A program made the translations under genes and the position numbers. DNA of 64,000 nucleotides, taken from a virus. The DNA lies in the IMG/VR virus record IMGVR_UViG_3300050509_000438, positions 14,416 to 78,415 of that record; one strand, 5' to 3'. Within the stretch, counting starts at the first letter, position 1, and the number at the start of each line of letters is the position of its first letter. This document shows positions 19,710 to 27,243 of this stretch, piece by piece. The notes under the pieces were generated by a model. The model saw only the letters and a list, made by a program, of their open reading frames with translations, had not been told where the DNA came from and searched no databases.

Positions 19710-20057
19710 ATGGCAATGAAAGTAAGAACCAACATCGATCCCAAGAAGGGTGTACGCAGCGGCTCAAAGTCGGTTATCGTCCGAAACAAGAAGGGTGAAA
19801 CTGAGGCTATCCGTAAGAAAGGCGATGCGTACATCAACGAAGAGACCATGGCTGAGGATCGGCAGATCGCCGCAGGTACTGGCTCGGGGCAGTTTGCTGG
19901 TTCTGGTTCAGCGCCCCGCAGTGGCGGTTCTGCTTCTTCCACACAAGGCGCAGCGCCGGCGGGTGGCACCAAAAAGCAGGTGAAGGCATCCAAGCTCCGG
20001 GTGCGCACCAACTCAGCATCGCCGCAAGCCAAAAGATCTGCGCGTAAATTGTACTGA
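19710..20057 (+). CDS. Small, strongly basic low-complexity protein (uncertain)
   Basis: ATG at 19710; 115 aa, K/R/S/G-rich. It is the only plus-strand ORF inside the 29-kb minus block, and the competing antisense ORF 19676-20065 has implausible composition. Confidence 0.35.
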   Translation: MAMKVRTNIDPKKGVRSGSKSVIVRNKKGETEAIRKKGDAYINEETMAEDRQIAAGTGSGQFAGSGSAPRSGGSASSTQGAAPAGGTKKQVKASKLRVRTNSASPQAKRSARKLY

Positions 20058-20061
20058 TGGA

Positions 20062-20466
20062 TCATCGGAAGCTGTAGATCATCACCAGCACATATTCTTC
20101 GTGTGAAGCCACTGATATTGTGGCTTTTTTTATGTCTTTCTCGCGATAACTGGCTTTTTCATCGGCCATGATTGTAGAGATCAGCGCTTCGTAGTCGCTG
20201 GCCAGATATACATCCGCTCCGGCGTACCAAGAATTATCGGTCTCATTCAGCACTCTATCCAGACCCTGCTCTCCATCACTAATGAAGGCAGAGAATATTG
20301 CGTCGGTGAATACATCGGCTCTCAGGGAAGAGACTATCTCAGGGCCGTGGGAGGCAACGTAGGAACTGACCTCTGGCTTGATGTCCTGCGAGCTTGCGGC
20401 ATACGCTGCAAGAATGAAGGTGATCATTGCGATAAGGATGATGGCATCTTTGATCTTGGTGTTCAT
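20062..20466 (-). CDS. Secreted/membrane-anchored hypothetical protein
   Basis: 134 aa with an N-terminal hydrophobic segment (AIILIAMITFILAAYAASS). Confidence 0.55.
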   Translation of the reverse strand: MNTKIKDAIILIAMITFILAAYAASSQDIKPEVSSYVASHGPEIVSSLRADVFTDAIFSAFISDGEQGLDRVLNETDNSWYAGADVYLASDYEALISTIMADEKASYREKDIKKATISVASHEEYVLVMIYSFR

Positions 20467-20470
20467 GACT

Positions 20471-20502
20471 CAAAGGTGTGAAAATATTTTTACATTGTCA
20501 AT
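20471..20502 (-). promoter_or_regulatory. Promoter-like composite (TTGACA / TGTAAAAAT / CACCTTTG)
   Basis: Minus strand reads TTGACA (20502-20497), a, TGTAAAAAT (20494-20486), attttca, CACCTTTG (20478-20471), agtc, ATG (20466). Confidence 0.5.
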
Positions 20503-20512
20503 AGCGGTAAAA

Positions 20513-20541
20513 GCAAAAACCCCGGGGATCGGCCGGGGTTA
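20513..20541 (-). terminator. Rho-independent terminator (second of a tandem pair)
   Basis: Minus strand reads AACCCCGG-ccgatcc-CCGGGGTT followed by a T-run. Confidence 0.6.
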
Positions 20542-20587
20542 ATGGAAAAGGAGGCTGAAAAGCTAAGAATGCAGAAGATCAAAGCTA

Positions 20588-20620
20588 AAGAAAAAGCCCC
20601 GATCTTGCAACCGGGGCTTC
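20588..20620 (-). terminator. Rho-independent terminator (first of a tandem pair)
   Basis: Minus strand reads AAGCCCCG-gttgcaagat-CGGGGCTT followed by TTTTT, about 41 nt after the stop of 20661-21317. Confidence 0.6.
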
Positions 20621-20660
20621 CGCTATGTTTAAATGCCAAAAACCTGGGCGCGAAGGTAGG

Positions 20661-21317
20661 TTATTTTTTTACTATCACAAAAGGACAATCATCGGCATTG
20701 ATCTGAATCTCAAGATGGTTCAGGGCATTGTGGTAATCTGATCCATAGCCGGCCAGCGGAACATCACCCTGATCATTTGTGAGATAAACAGAATGGTTGC
20801 TGAGTGGTGGTTGATCTGTAATTCCGTGAGCCAATTGCCATCTATCCGATTCTGGATGCGGCTGGGTCGACCTCCGCGATTCATACCATTCGCTCCATTC
20901 TTTTTCTTGCTGTTCTTGAGCCGAGGCCTCCAGGGGGCAGGCATCAGAAGTACGGTTCCAGAATTCGTGCAGTAAATTAACCTTGGGTTTTTCATCTTTT
21001 TTGATGCCGGCATCAGCAATGAACTTCCTGAACTCTGTGATGAACTTCTCGGCTTCATCACGGATGTAGGCAGTTGTAACACCGACCCTCAGGTCATTCA
21101 TCTGATAATCGCCCTTGTTGATGTGATAATAGAAGATCGCTTTCTCGTAAGCGGAGCTTTCTATTTTGTGGGTCTCGACTACTCGCCATTCATACTCTCG
21201 TTCTCTGGATTCTCCGATAACTGCATACTTGCCATCGAACATTGCTTCCATGCCGTAGGTTACAGCCAAAAACAGATTCAATTGAATCTCGTTGTGAGTG
21301 ATGATTATATTTTTCAT
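20661..21317 (-). CDS. Hypothetical protein
   Basis: 218-aa ORF in a strand-consistent block. No motif recognised. Confidence 0.55.
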   Translation of the reverse strand: MKNIIITHNEIQLNLFLAVTYGMEAMFDGKYAVIGESREREYEWRVVETHKIESSAYEKAIFYYHINKGDYQMNDLRVGVTTAYIRDEAEKFITEFRKFIADAGIKKDEKPKVNLLHEFWNRTSDACPLEASAQEQQEKEWSEWYESRRSTQPHPESDRWQLAHGITDQPPLSNHSVYLTNDQGDVPLAGYGSDYHNALNHLEIQINADDCPFVIVKK

Positions 21318-21360
21318 GTTATGTGTTGTTGGGTTATCGGCCCTCCCTCCGTTAAATTTT

Positions 21361-21732
21361 CTAACTAAACCACACCAGCGCCATCGACGCTATCATCAGG
21401 AATGCCTTTATCCCCAGCAATAGCATTGGATCTACCTTCTTCTGAAGGTTGTCAAGGAAGTTGTCACCCAGAAAGCTCCAATGAGCCTGGAGCCCATATT
21501 TATTGAAGGTGTAGTTGAAGATCAGGTAATGGAGTGAAGTCATTGTTGCCAGCGTCTTCCACCAGAGAATCTCTGGATAGGTGAAGGCTCCCCATAACAT
21601 CACTATTGAACGTAACCATGCGCTCAGGATGTGCTTGTCATTCCGCCCCAGCACTCGCGTACGAAAGATTTCAACCCCGAGCTCGATCGCGGGAGGTAGA
21701 AGTGCAAGGTAGAGTACGTGGAGTAAGATCAT
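21361..21732 (-). CDS. Multi-pass membrane protein
   Basis: Start set at the internal ATG 21732, which forms an ATGA overlap with the upstream stop. Several hydrophobic helices (ILLHVLYLALLPPAIELG..., LLLGIKAFLMIASMALVWF). Confidence 0.5.
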   Translation of the reverse strand: MILLHVLYLALLPPAIELGVEIFRTRVLGRNDKHILSAWLRSIVMLWGAFTYPEILWWKTLATMTSLHYLIFNYTFNKYGLQAHWSFLGDNFLDNLQKKVDPMLLLGIKAFLMIASMALVWFS

Positions 21733-21917
21733 GGCTTCTTTTTTAGGTTGATGATGATTGCGGTCCCTACTAATATAATGAATCCCAGCGCCCAAGGCCA
21801 GAAGTCATGGAAGAAACCTGGCGGCATGTCATATCCGGCGATCTTGAGAATGCCCCAGATCAGCGGTAATGCCAGCAGGACGATCATAGCTGCGATTAAT
21901 GTGCCTTTTGTGTTCAT
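21729..21917 (-). CDS. Small two-TM membrane protein
   Basis: 62 aa with two hydrophobic helices (LIAAMIVLLALPLIWGIL and WALGFIILVGTAIII). Confidence 0.5.
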   Translation of the reverse strand: MNTKGTLIAAMIVLLALPLIWGILKIAGYDMPPGFFHDFWPWALGFIILVGTAIIINLKKKP

Positions 21918-22135
21918 ATCAGTTCATTGATTCGTTTGTAACATGTGCTGCGCGATATATTAAGTATTTCAGCAACCTCCTCCCATCTCTTTGTTTTAAG
22001 CAGTTCGCGTTGCTGCTCTTTTTGCTCTTCTGTGAATACAGGACGTTGTATTATTACCATCCCATTCTTCTTGCGCTGATAGTATGTTCGTTTTAATTCT
22101 TCGCTGGTCAGCTTGTAGTATTTTTTTCGCCCCAT
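21914..22135 (-). CDS. Small HTH DNA-binding protein
   Basis: 73 aa. The C-terminal WEEVAEILNISRSTCYKRINEL is a helix-turn-helix of the resolvase/sigma-r4 type. Confidence 0.5.
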   Translation of the reverse strand: MGRKKYYKLTSEELKRTYYQRKKNGMVIIQRPVFTEEQKEQQRELLKTKRWEEVAEILNISRSTCYKRINELI

Positions 22136-22578
22136 AGCGCAGAAAATTGAAAATAAAAATCATCCCATGTTTTGATCAGGAAGTACTTGCCGCCGGAAGC
22201 TTCGATCTCTGCCTGAAACTTCTTCTGATCCTCGCGCTGCCGATCCTTACCAACCTTGACTTCCCAGGAAGTGAACTGCCCCTGAATTACCGCGGCGATA
22301 TCCCCAATCCCCTTACTCTCCTTGCTGCGTGGTATGAAGCGGCCCTTCTTGACCGTAATACGATGGCCTACCACATTATGAACATGCTCTGGCTGGATGT
22401 ACCTGCCTTCACTGGCCTGGCGCCATGCTTTGACTCCGCGGTACTTGAAGAACGCCAGCACGGCCTTGGTGAGATCGTTCGCTGTCTTGTCGCTGAAGGT
22501 CTTCTTGGGGCGACAGTGCTCAGGAATGTTCGCGTATTCCTGTTTGGAAATTATGGTGGCCAGGTCGCGGAGGGTCAT
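22108..22578 (-). CDS. VRR-NUC family nuclease
   Basis: GIGDIAAVIQGQFTSWEVKVGKDRQREDQKKFQAEIEASGGKYFLIKT matches the VRR-NUC PD-(D/E)xK core (D...E-x-K...Q). Start set at the internal ATG 22578. Confidence 0.65.
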   Translation of the reverse strand: MTLRDLATIISKQEYANIPEHCRPKKTFSDKTANDLTKAVLAFFKYRGVKAWRQASEGRYIQPEHVHNVVGHRITVKKGRFIPRSKESKGIGDIAAVIQGQFTSWEVKVGKDRQREDQKKFQAEIEASGGKYFLIKTWDDFYFQFSALWGEKNTTS

Positions 22579-22580
22579 AA

Positions 22581-22907
22581 TTAGTTGCCTTCCTTTTGAT
22601 TTGACTGAACAAGAGTCAAAGTATTTGGATTCCAAAATTGATTTGCAGTATCTGCCAGATACGCCAACTGGTATCCATCTAAGGTGTCATTGTAGGCTCT
22701 CCAGCTTTGCGCGTGGTCATCCATATAAATTCCTCCGATCTCTAAAAGTTCATCGCATTTAATGATGCACTGAATTGCCAGAAGAGGTTCTTTAAGACGA
22801 GCTTCGCCACTCATGTGCCCTTCCTCAACATCCGGATCAGTGATAGTAGCTAATACTTTCTTGTGGGTGATGATTCTGATGTGTAGTGATACGATTTCTA
22901 TTTTCAT
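22581..22907 (-). CDS. Hypothetical protein
   Basis: Start set at ATG 22907, which forms an ATGA overlap with the HAD gene stop. No motif recognised. Confidence 0.45.
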   Translation of the reverse strand: MKIEIVSLHIRIITHKKVLATITDPDVEEGHMSGEARLKEPLLAIQCIIKCDELLEIGGIYMDDHAQSWRAYNDTLDGYQLAYLADTANQFWNPNTLTLVQSNQKEGN

Positions 22908-23284
22908 AAATAAGAATTTTCTATAAACCATTCCTCTAATGCCATCCAATCCACATACGGCTTCTTGCCATCTTCCCGGATCAAAGGTACGCCAGCATTC
23001 TTATCGTCGATATTGCAATGACAGTAGACCTTCCGTGATCCTGTTTCATACTCTGGATTGCACATGACATATTTGAACTCTATCGAATTATTTCGAGCCC
23101 ACTCCTGTACGTCATCCAGCAAATGACCTGTGCGCATGGTCATCAGGATGAACTCATGACCGGCGTTTCTGAGCTTATGAAGAACCTCCACGGCATGCGG
23201 TACAGTTGGCCCCACGTAAGGATTCCAGTTCTCTACAAGCGTGCCGTCAAAATCAAGTTCTATGAGTTTACGCGTTGTCACCAC
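22904..23284 (-). CDS. Small HAD-superfamily phosphatase (candidate GmhB-equivalent, heptose-1,7-bisphosphate phosphatase)
   Basis: 126 aa. HAD motif I (LIELDFDGTLV) is present. Directly downstream of, and overlapping, the heptose kinase gene. The substrate assignment is contextual only. Confidence 0.5.
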   Translation of the reverse strand: MVTTRKLIELDFDGTLVENWNPYVGPTVPHAVEVLHKLRNAGHEFILMTMRTGHLLDDVQEWARNNSIEFKYVMCNPEYETGSRKVYCHCNIDDKNAGVPLIREDGKKPYVDWMALEEWFIENSYL

Positions 23285-24185
23285 TCACCTCCTCCCATCT
23301 CTTGATCAGTTCTTCCTTCGTTATTGCATGGACACCAGCATAACGACATACCTCTGAAGCCGCAATGTTGGCAAGACTAACTCCGTCCTGAATGTCCTCA
23401 TTCAAAGCAGTCATCATACCCACTACTCCCGTTACGGTGTCACCGGCACCACAGACATCCACGATATTAATTTTGTGTCCATTGGTCCGTCCAGCCATAC
23501 CTTCGTTGTTGGTGTACATGATCCCAGACTCACCTTGCGTTACGATGAACCATCGACTATATAACTCCGGCCATTGTGGCATCGCATCAAACTCCTTTTG
23601 GTTACACTTGATTACAGTAGATCCCTTGAATCTAGCGTAGTCCCTCTTCGCGTCCACCACCACTGGGATCTTATAATGTAGCGAAAGTTCCATGATCGCG
23701 TTGATCAACGAGTCAGAGAGACACCCCTTATGGTAATCAGCAAGCACAATGCAGTCGTACTTACCCATCGTGGCTTCTAGTTCCTTCCACCAGGAATACG
23801 CGGTGAACGGCAGCCACTCGATCTGCATGGGATCGATCTCGTCGTCGATGCGCAGCAGGTGATGACTTCCGGACATGATGCGCATCTTCTTGGAATGCTT
23901 GCCTTCATGGGTTTTGATGTTGTCGTTGTACTCCATAGGCCAGCAGTAGCCGCCGTTGCTATGGATGCAGAACAAGTCTGTCGGCACGCCCATGCCCACA
24001 AGATTCATAAACACATTGCCAGCTCCACCGGGTCTGCTGAAGGCGATCTGTTGATTGACCACTGGCACAGGTGCCTCCGGGCTGATGCGGTCGACGGAGC
24101 CGAGAATGTAAGCGTCTTCGATGAAATCACCGATGACTGCTATCTTGAGTTCGGCGGCACGAGTGAGGAGGGCGTGGAGGTTCAT
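23268..24185 (-). CDS. hldA: D-glycero-beta-D-manno-heptose-7-phosphate kinase (HldE N-terminal-domain / HldA type)
   Basis: KIAVIGDFIEDAYILGSVDRISPEAPVPVV...RPGGAGNVFMNL closely parallels the E. coli HldE kinase domain (GDVMLDRYW.G...RISPEAPVPVV...RPGGAANVA). Ribokinase-family VCGAGDTVTG sits near the C-terminus. Confidence 0.85.
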   Translation of the reverse strand: MNLHALLTRAAELKIAVIGDFIEDAYILGSVDRISPEAPVPVVNQQIAFSRPGGAGNVFMNLVGMGVPTDLFCIHSNGGYCWPMEYNDNIKTHEGKHSKKMRIMSGSHHLLRIDDEIDPMQIEWLPFTAYSWWKELEATMGKYDCIVLADYHKGCLSDSLINAIMELSLHYKIPVVVDAKRDYARFKGSTVIKCNQKEFDAMPQWPELYSRWFIVTQGESGIMYTNNEGMAGRTNGHKINIVDVCGAGDTVTGVVGMMTALNEDIQDGVSLANIAASEVCRYAGVHAITKEELIKRWEEVSGDNA

Positions 24186-24400
24186 GCTAAAAAGTTATAT
24201 CGTTTTAATCCGTTATCTTGAGATATTTCAACTGGCATTTCTACAGGAGCAGGCTGTTGATGTTCATCTATAAACTCATCGAGTTCCATTGCCTCTCGTG
24301 AGAATTCCGGTAAAATTAAATCCGAAGTTATATGCTGGAGAGTCAATTCCCCAAAACAATTGGTGAACTCCTGTTGTGCGTCAAGTACGGAGTTCATCAA
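24182..24400 (-). CDS. Hypothetical small protein
   Basis: 72-aa ORF that overlaps both neighbours by 4 nt. Confidence 0.45.
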   Translation of the reverse strand: MMNSVLDAQQEFTNCFGELTLQHITSDLILPEFSREAMELDEFIDEHQQPAPVEMPVEISQDNGLKRYNFLA

Positions 24401-24618
24401 TCGTTATTGCTTTTTGTGTACCCCGGCGGATTCGGTGCGTCACAGGAGCGCTTCATCTGCCATTCAGCAAGTGCTTTATTGTATTCCCTCATTGATTCTT
24501 CATAAGAATATGGACCGACATAGTCATCCCGATTAGGCTCCTGCGGCTTAATGCTCTCCATATACTCATTCCACTCCTTGAGCTTCTGTTCGTAGGCGGC
24601 TTGTTCTTCTATATTCAT
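24397..24618 (-). CDS. Hypothetical small protein
   Basis: 73-aa ORF, strand-consistent, overlapping the downstream gene by 4 nt. Confidence 0.45.
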   Translation of the reverse strand: MNIEEQAAYEQKLKEWNEYMESIKPQEPNRDDYVGPYSYEESMREYNKALAEWQMKRSCDAPNPPGYTKSNND

Positions 24619-24738
24619 TTTACAATTCTCTTCTTTGGATCCATAACAAACGCGATGAAGTATTTAATCCACTCAGGATGGTTAAGATCGAGATCAAGTC
24701 GTCCTTCTTTTGTTGCACGCACCCATGGAGGCATTCGT

Positions 24739-25191
24739 TTAATCTTCATACGCTTTCAATACCATTTTAATAATGTCCGAACTGCTGATCTTATCACCAA
24801 GCCCATTGGCTGTAGGCTTGTAGAACACCATTGTCGCATGGTGCTGACCGATGACCGGTTTGCCGAGCCATTCGGCACCTTTGACGAGGTAGTCGGGCGT
24901 TGCCTTCGCGATCTCATACAATAGTTCTTCATCACTGTCTATACCGATAACTTCGTCGATCATACTGCGGTTACCACACTGCATTGCCATCAGGTTGATT
25001 TTCCGGATCGCGTACGGGATGATCGGCAGTCGTGAGTTACCTTCTTTAATACGTTCGTCTTCATCGAGCATCACTATCACTTTGCCTTCGGGTCCTGCGA
25101 GAAGGCGGCATTGATTTAATGCGTTAAAATGCCCCACATGGAGCAGGTCTAATTTACCGGTGGTGATCACTTTAGGCATAAGCTGTGGCAC
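24739..25191 (-). CDS. hldC: D-beta-D-heptose-1-phosphate adenylyltransferase (HldE C-terminal-domain / HldC type)
   Basis: Cytidylyltransferase-fold signature TTGKLDLLHVGHFNAL, then IVMLDEDERIK, PDYLVKGAEW and ISSSDIIKMV. These are collinear with the HldE adenylyltransferase half (NGVFDILHAGH...VAVNSD...LVKGGDY...STTNII). Confidence 0.75.
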   Translation of the reverse strand: MPQLMPKVITTGKLDLLHVGHFNALNQCRLLAGPEGKVIVMLDEDERIKEGNSRLPIIPYAIRKINLMAMQCGNRSMIDEVIGIDSDEELLYEIAKATPDYLVKGAEWLGKPVIGQHHATMVFYKPTANGLGDKISSSDIIKMVLKAYED

Positions 25192-25499
25192 ATTTTTATT
25201 AAGTCTTCAAACTGGCCGTAGTTGAACCATATTGATTCTTTTACTTCTTCAGGCTCTGTAGGCTCCACAATCAATTCTATCACACAAGCCGTGGTCTGGT
25301 TCTTCATGGTGACAGAGCCTTCGATGGCCTCAGTAACCATGTAGTATGCATGGTGCTGGTCGCCTTTAATGTCTTTAATGAGTTGAGATCGAAACCCGTC
25401 GATATACCGAAGGAAATATCTCTCAACCTCGTTCACCATGTCCTTACTTATGACTCCGGCTTCCGCCATTGACTCTGTGATTTCTCGTGCTGTTTTCAT
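25167..25499 (-). CDS. Hypothetical protein
   Basis: 110-aa ORF, strand-consistent. Confidence 0.45.
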   Translation of the reverse strand: MKTAREITESMAEAGVISKDMVNEVERYFLRYIDGFRSQLIKDIKGDQHHAYYMVTEAIEGSVTMKNQTTACVIELIVEPTEPEEVKESIWFNYGQFEDLIKMCHSLCLK

Positions 25500-26110
25500 G
25501 CTGCCTCTCTTTTATACTCCGGAAATGTCTCCAAAAATAACTTAACATTCTTCTCGATCTTCACCACACCACGTTTGTAGTAATCATGCTGGCGATTCAC
25601 GATACGCTTGAAGAGGCGAGATGTGTTCTTCTTACTCACCGCTACGAGCAGCGCTTGCCTGTAACCGCTGACATCGAGGTACCAGGCAATACCTTGATCA
25701 TAATGGAATCTGTTAACAGCATCATCGAATGCTCGATCGGTTTCAACACTGAGACCTTTCAATTCAAATACTAAGCTTAGCGCTCTGCTATCTCCATCCA
25801 TTTTGCATCTTGCAGGAACCCCAAACCTATTAGATCGGTACCATTCATGTTGTCGTCTTAAATCATGCACCCATAATAATTGCTGACAAATGGGGTCAGT
25901 TTTAAAAGTTCTTGCCATAGAAAGAGCTTTTTCAATATCCTGGTGTTCATAATTTGCTTGATGAGGTTGCATTATGCAATCTTCAACCAATCTCCCAAAG
26001 GCAAATATCTCTTCCAAATCGGACGGATCTTGAAAATCAGGATTGATCATTTTCTGTAGTTTTTTCAGATCGCTATTGCTTATGTAATGATGATTAAAAT
26101 ATGAATCCAT
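25496..26110 (-). CDS. PD-(D/E)xK exonuclease candidate (partner of RecT)
   Basis: KMDGDSRALSLVFELKGLS (D...E-x-K) followed by HYDQGIAWYLD (Q-x-x-x-Y). Lies in a recombination module with RecT. Confidence 0.5.
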   Translation of the reverse strand: MDSYFNHHYISNSDLKKLQKMINPDFQDPSDLEEIFAFGRLVEDCIMQPHQANYEHQDIEKALSMARTFKTDPICQQLLWVHDLRRQHEWYRSNRFGVPARCKMDGDSRALSLVFELKGLSVETDRAFDDAVNRFHYDQGIAWYLDVSGYRQALLVAVSKKNTSRLFKRIVNRQHDYYKRGVVKIEKNVKLFLETFPEYKREAA

Positions 26111-26202
26111 AAAAATGGAGGCTTAACCCCACAACCTCCAGAGGCCTTTGCTAAACTGCACGATACGCCACCTGACGTCACGTAACATCACAAAACTCTA
26201 CC

Positions 26203-26775
26203 TCACGATAATTCTTCAATGTGTTTTAATTCAAACCTACCGAACATTCCATTATTTGTTGGCCGATAGGAGCCTATTCCAACATAGTTACCAGCATACT
26301 CTATAACGTTCCTAACCATGTCCGTAGTGATAGACTTTTCGGCAACAAGTAATGTAAACTCCGGTTCCCATTCTGTCCATTTTGGGCGAATGGTAATTAT
26401 CCTGGCTTTTACATTGCGGTTAACTGTTGATCTCTTATCAATCACGTCATAATCAGGAATAATAATTTGCTCTGGAGTGATCGTGAACATCGCTGCAACG
26501 AGTTGCTTCATTGACTTACCACGGCCACCAACTTTAGATTTGATGTATGCTCCGGCATTAATGAAAGAGCATCTTAATTGATCGGCCGGTATGTAGCATT
26601 TACCATCAGGGTTTCGGTAGCAACGGTATTCAGCGCGCACAGTATCGTCATGGGAAATTTCTGGTCTTTCATGGATGAGTCCCCGTTTCTTTTCCCATTC
26701 CTCAAGTTTAAGATCATCCATACGGTGTTGCATGTACGGAGTCAGCCCTTTAATTTTTATTGAAAATTTTTTCAT
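26203..26775 (-). CDS. Hypothetical protein with C-terminal Gly-rich loop
   Basis: 190-aa ORF. The C-terminal YVGIGSYRPTNNGMFGRFEL is reminiscent of RAMP G-loops. Not assigned. Confidence 0.5.
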   Translation of the reverse strand: MKKFSIKIKGLTPYMQHRMDDLKLEEWEKKRGLIHERPEISHDDTVRAEYRCYRNPDGKCYIPADQLRCSFINAGAYIKSKVGGRGKSMKQLVAAMFTITPEQIIIPDYDVIDKRSTVNRNVKARIITIRPKWTEWEPEFTLLVAEKSITTDMVRNVIEYAGNYVGIGSYRPTNNGMFGRFELKHIEELS

Positions 26776-26883
26776 TTATTCCTTCTTCTTTGGTTCGTAC
26801 TCGTAGCAGCCCATAGCTATAAACTTCATCACTAATCGGAACGGCATATTTTGCATGAATATCCTCCGCTGTTAACCTGTCTT

Positions 26884-27243
26884 TCATCCTACACTCCTCG
26901 CTATCCTCGCATATCTCTCCTCATGGTTGCGTCCATGAACCAAGACAACTCCTTGTCCATTCAGGTCGCCGCTCTTCAGTGTCTCCACCTCCTTGTAGGT
27001 GATCACCTTGATAATATCACCATCTATTCTGGTGATGATCACGCGCACTCCATGCCGCAGCATTAGAATGTCGTGCTTGTTCAGTCCAACCGGACTCTCA
27101 ACCCGTAATGTAAGGTCGTAATGATACAGCTTTGGCTTCTCTTTGTCGAGCCTGCCGAATCGCTTCCATACACTCTGCCAGAAGGTAAGCTTGGGAGTGA
27201 GTGGGTAAGCCCGCGTGATGATGGAGGAGGTGATCGTGATCAT
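26884..27243 (-). CDS. Hypothetical protein
   Basis: 119-aa ORF that overlaps the upstream gene end by 4 nt. Confidence 0.45.
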   Translation of the reverse strand: MITITSSIITRAYPLTPKLTFWQSVWKRFGRLDKEKPKLYHYDLTLRVESPVGLNKHDILMLRHGVRVIITRIDGDIIKVITYKEVETLKSGDLNGQGVVLVHGRNHEERYARIARSVG

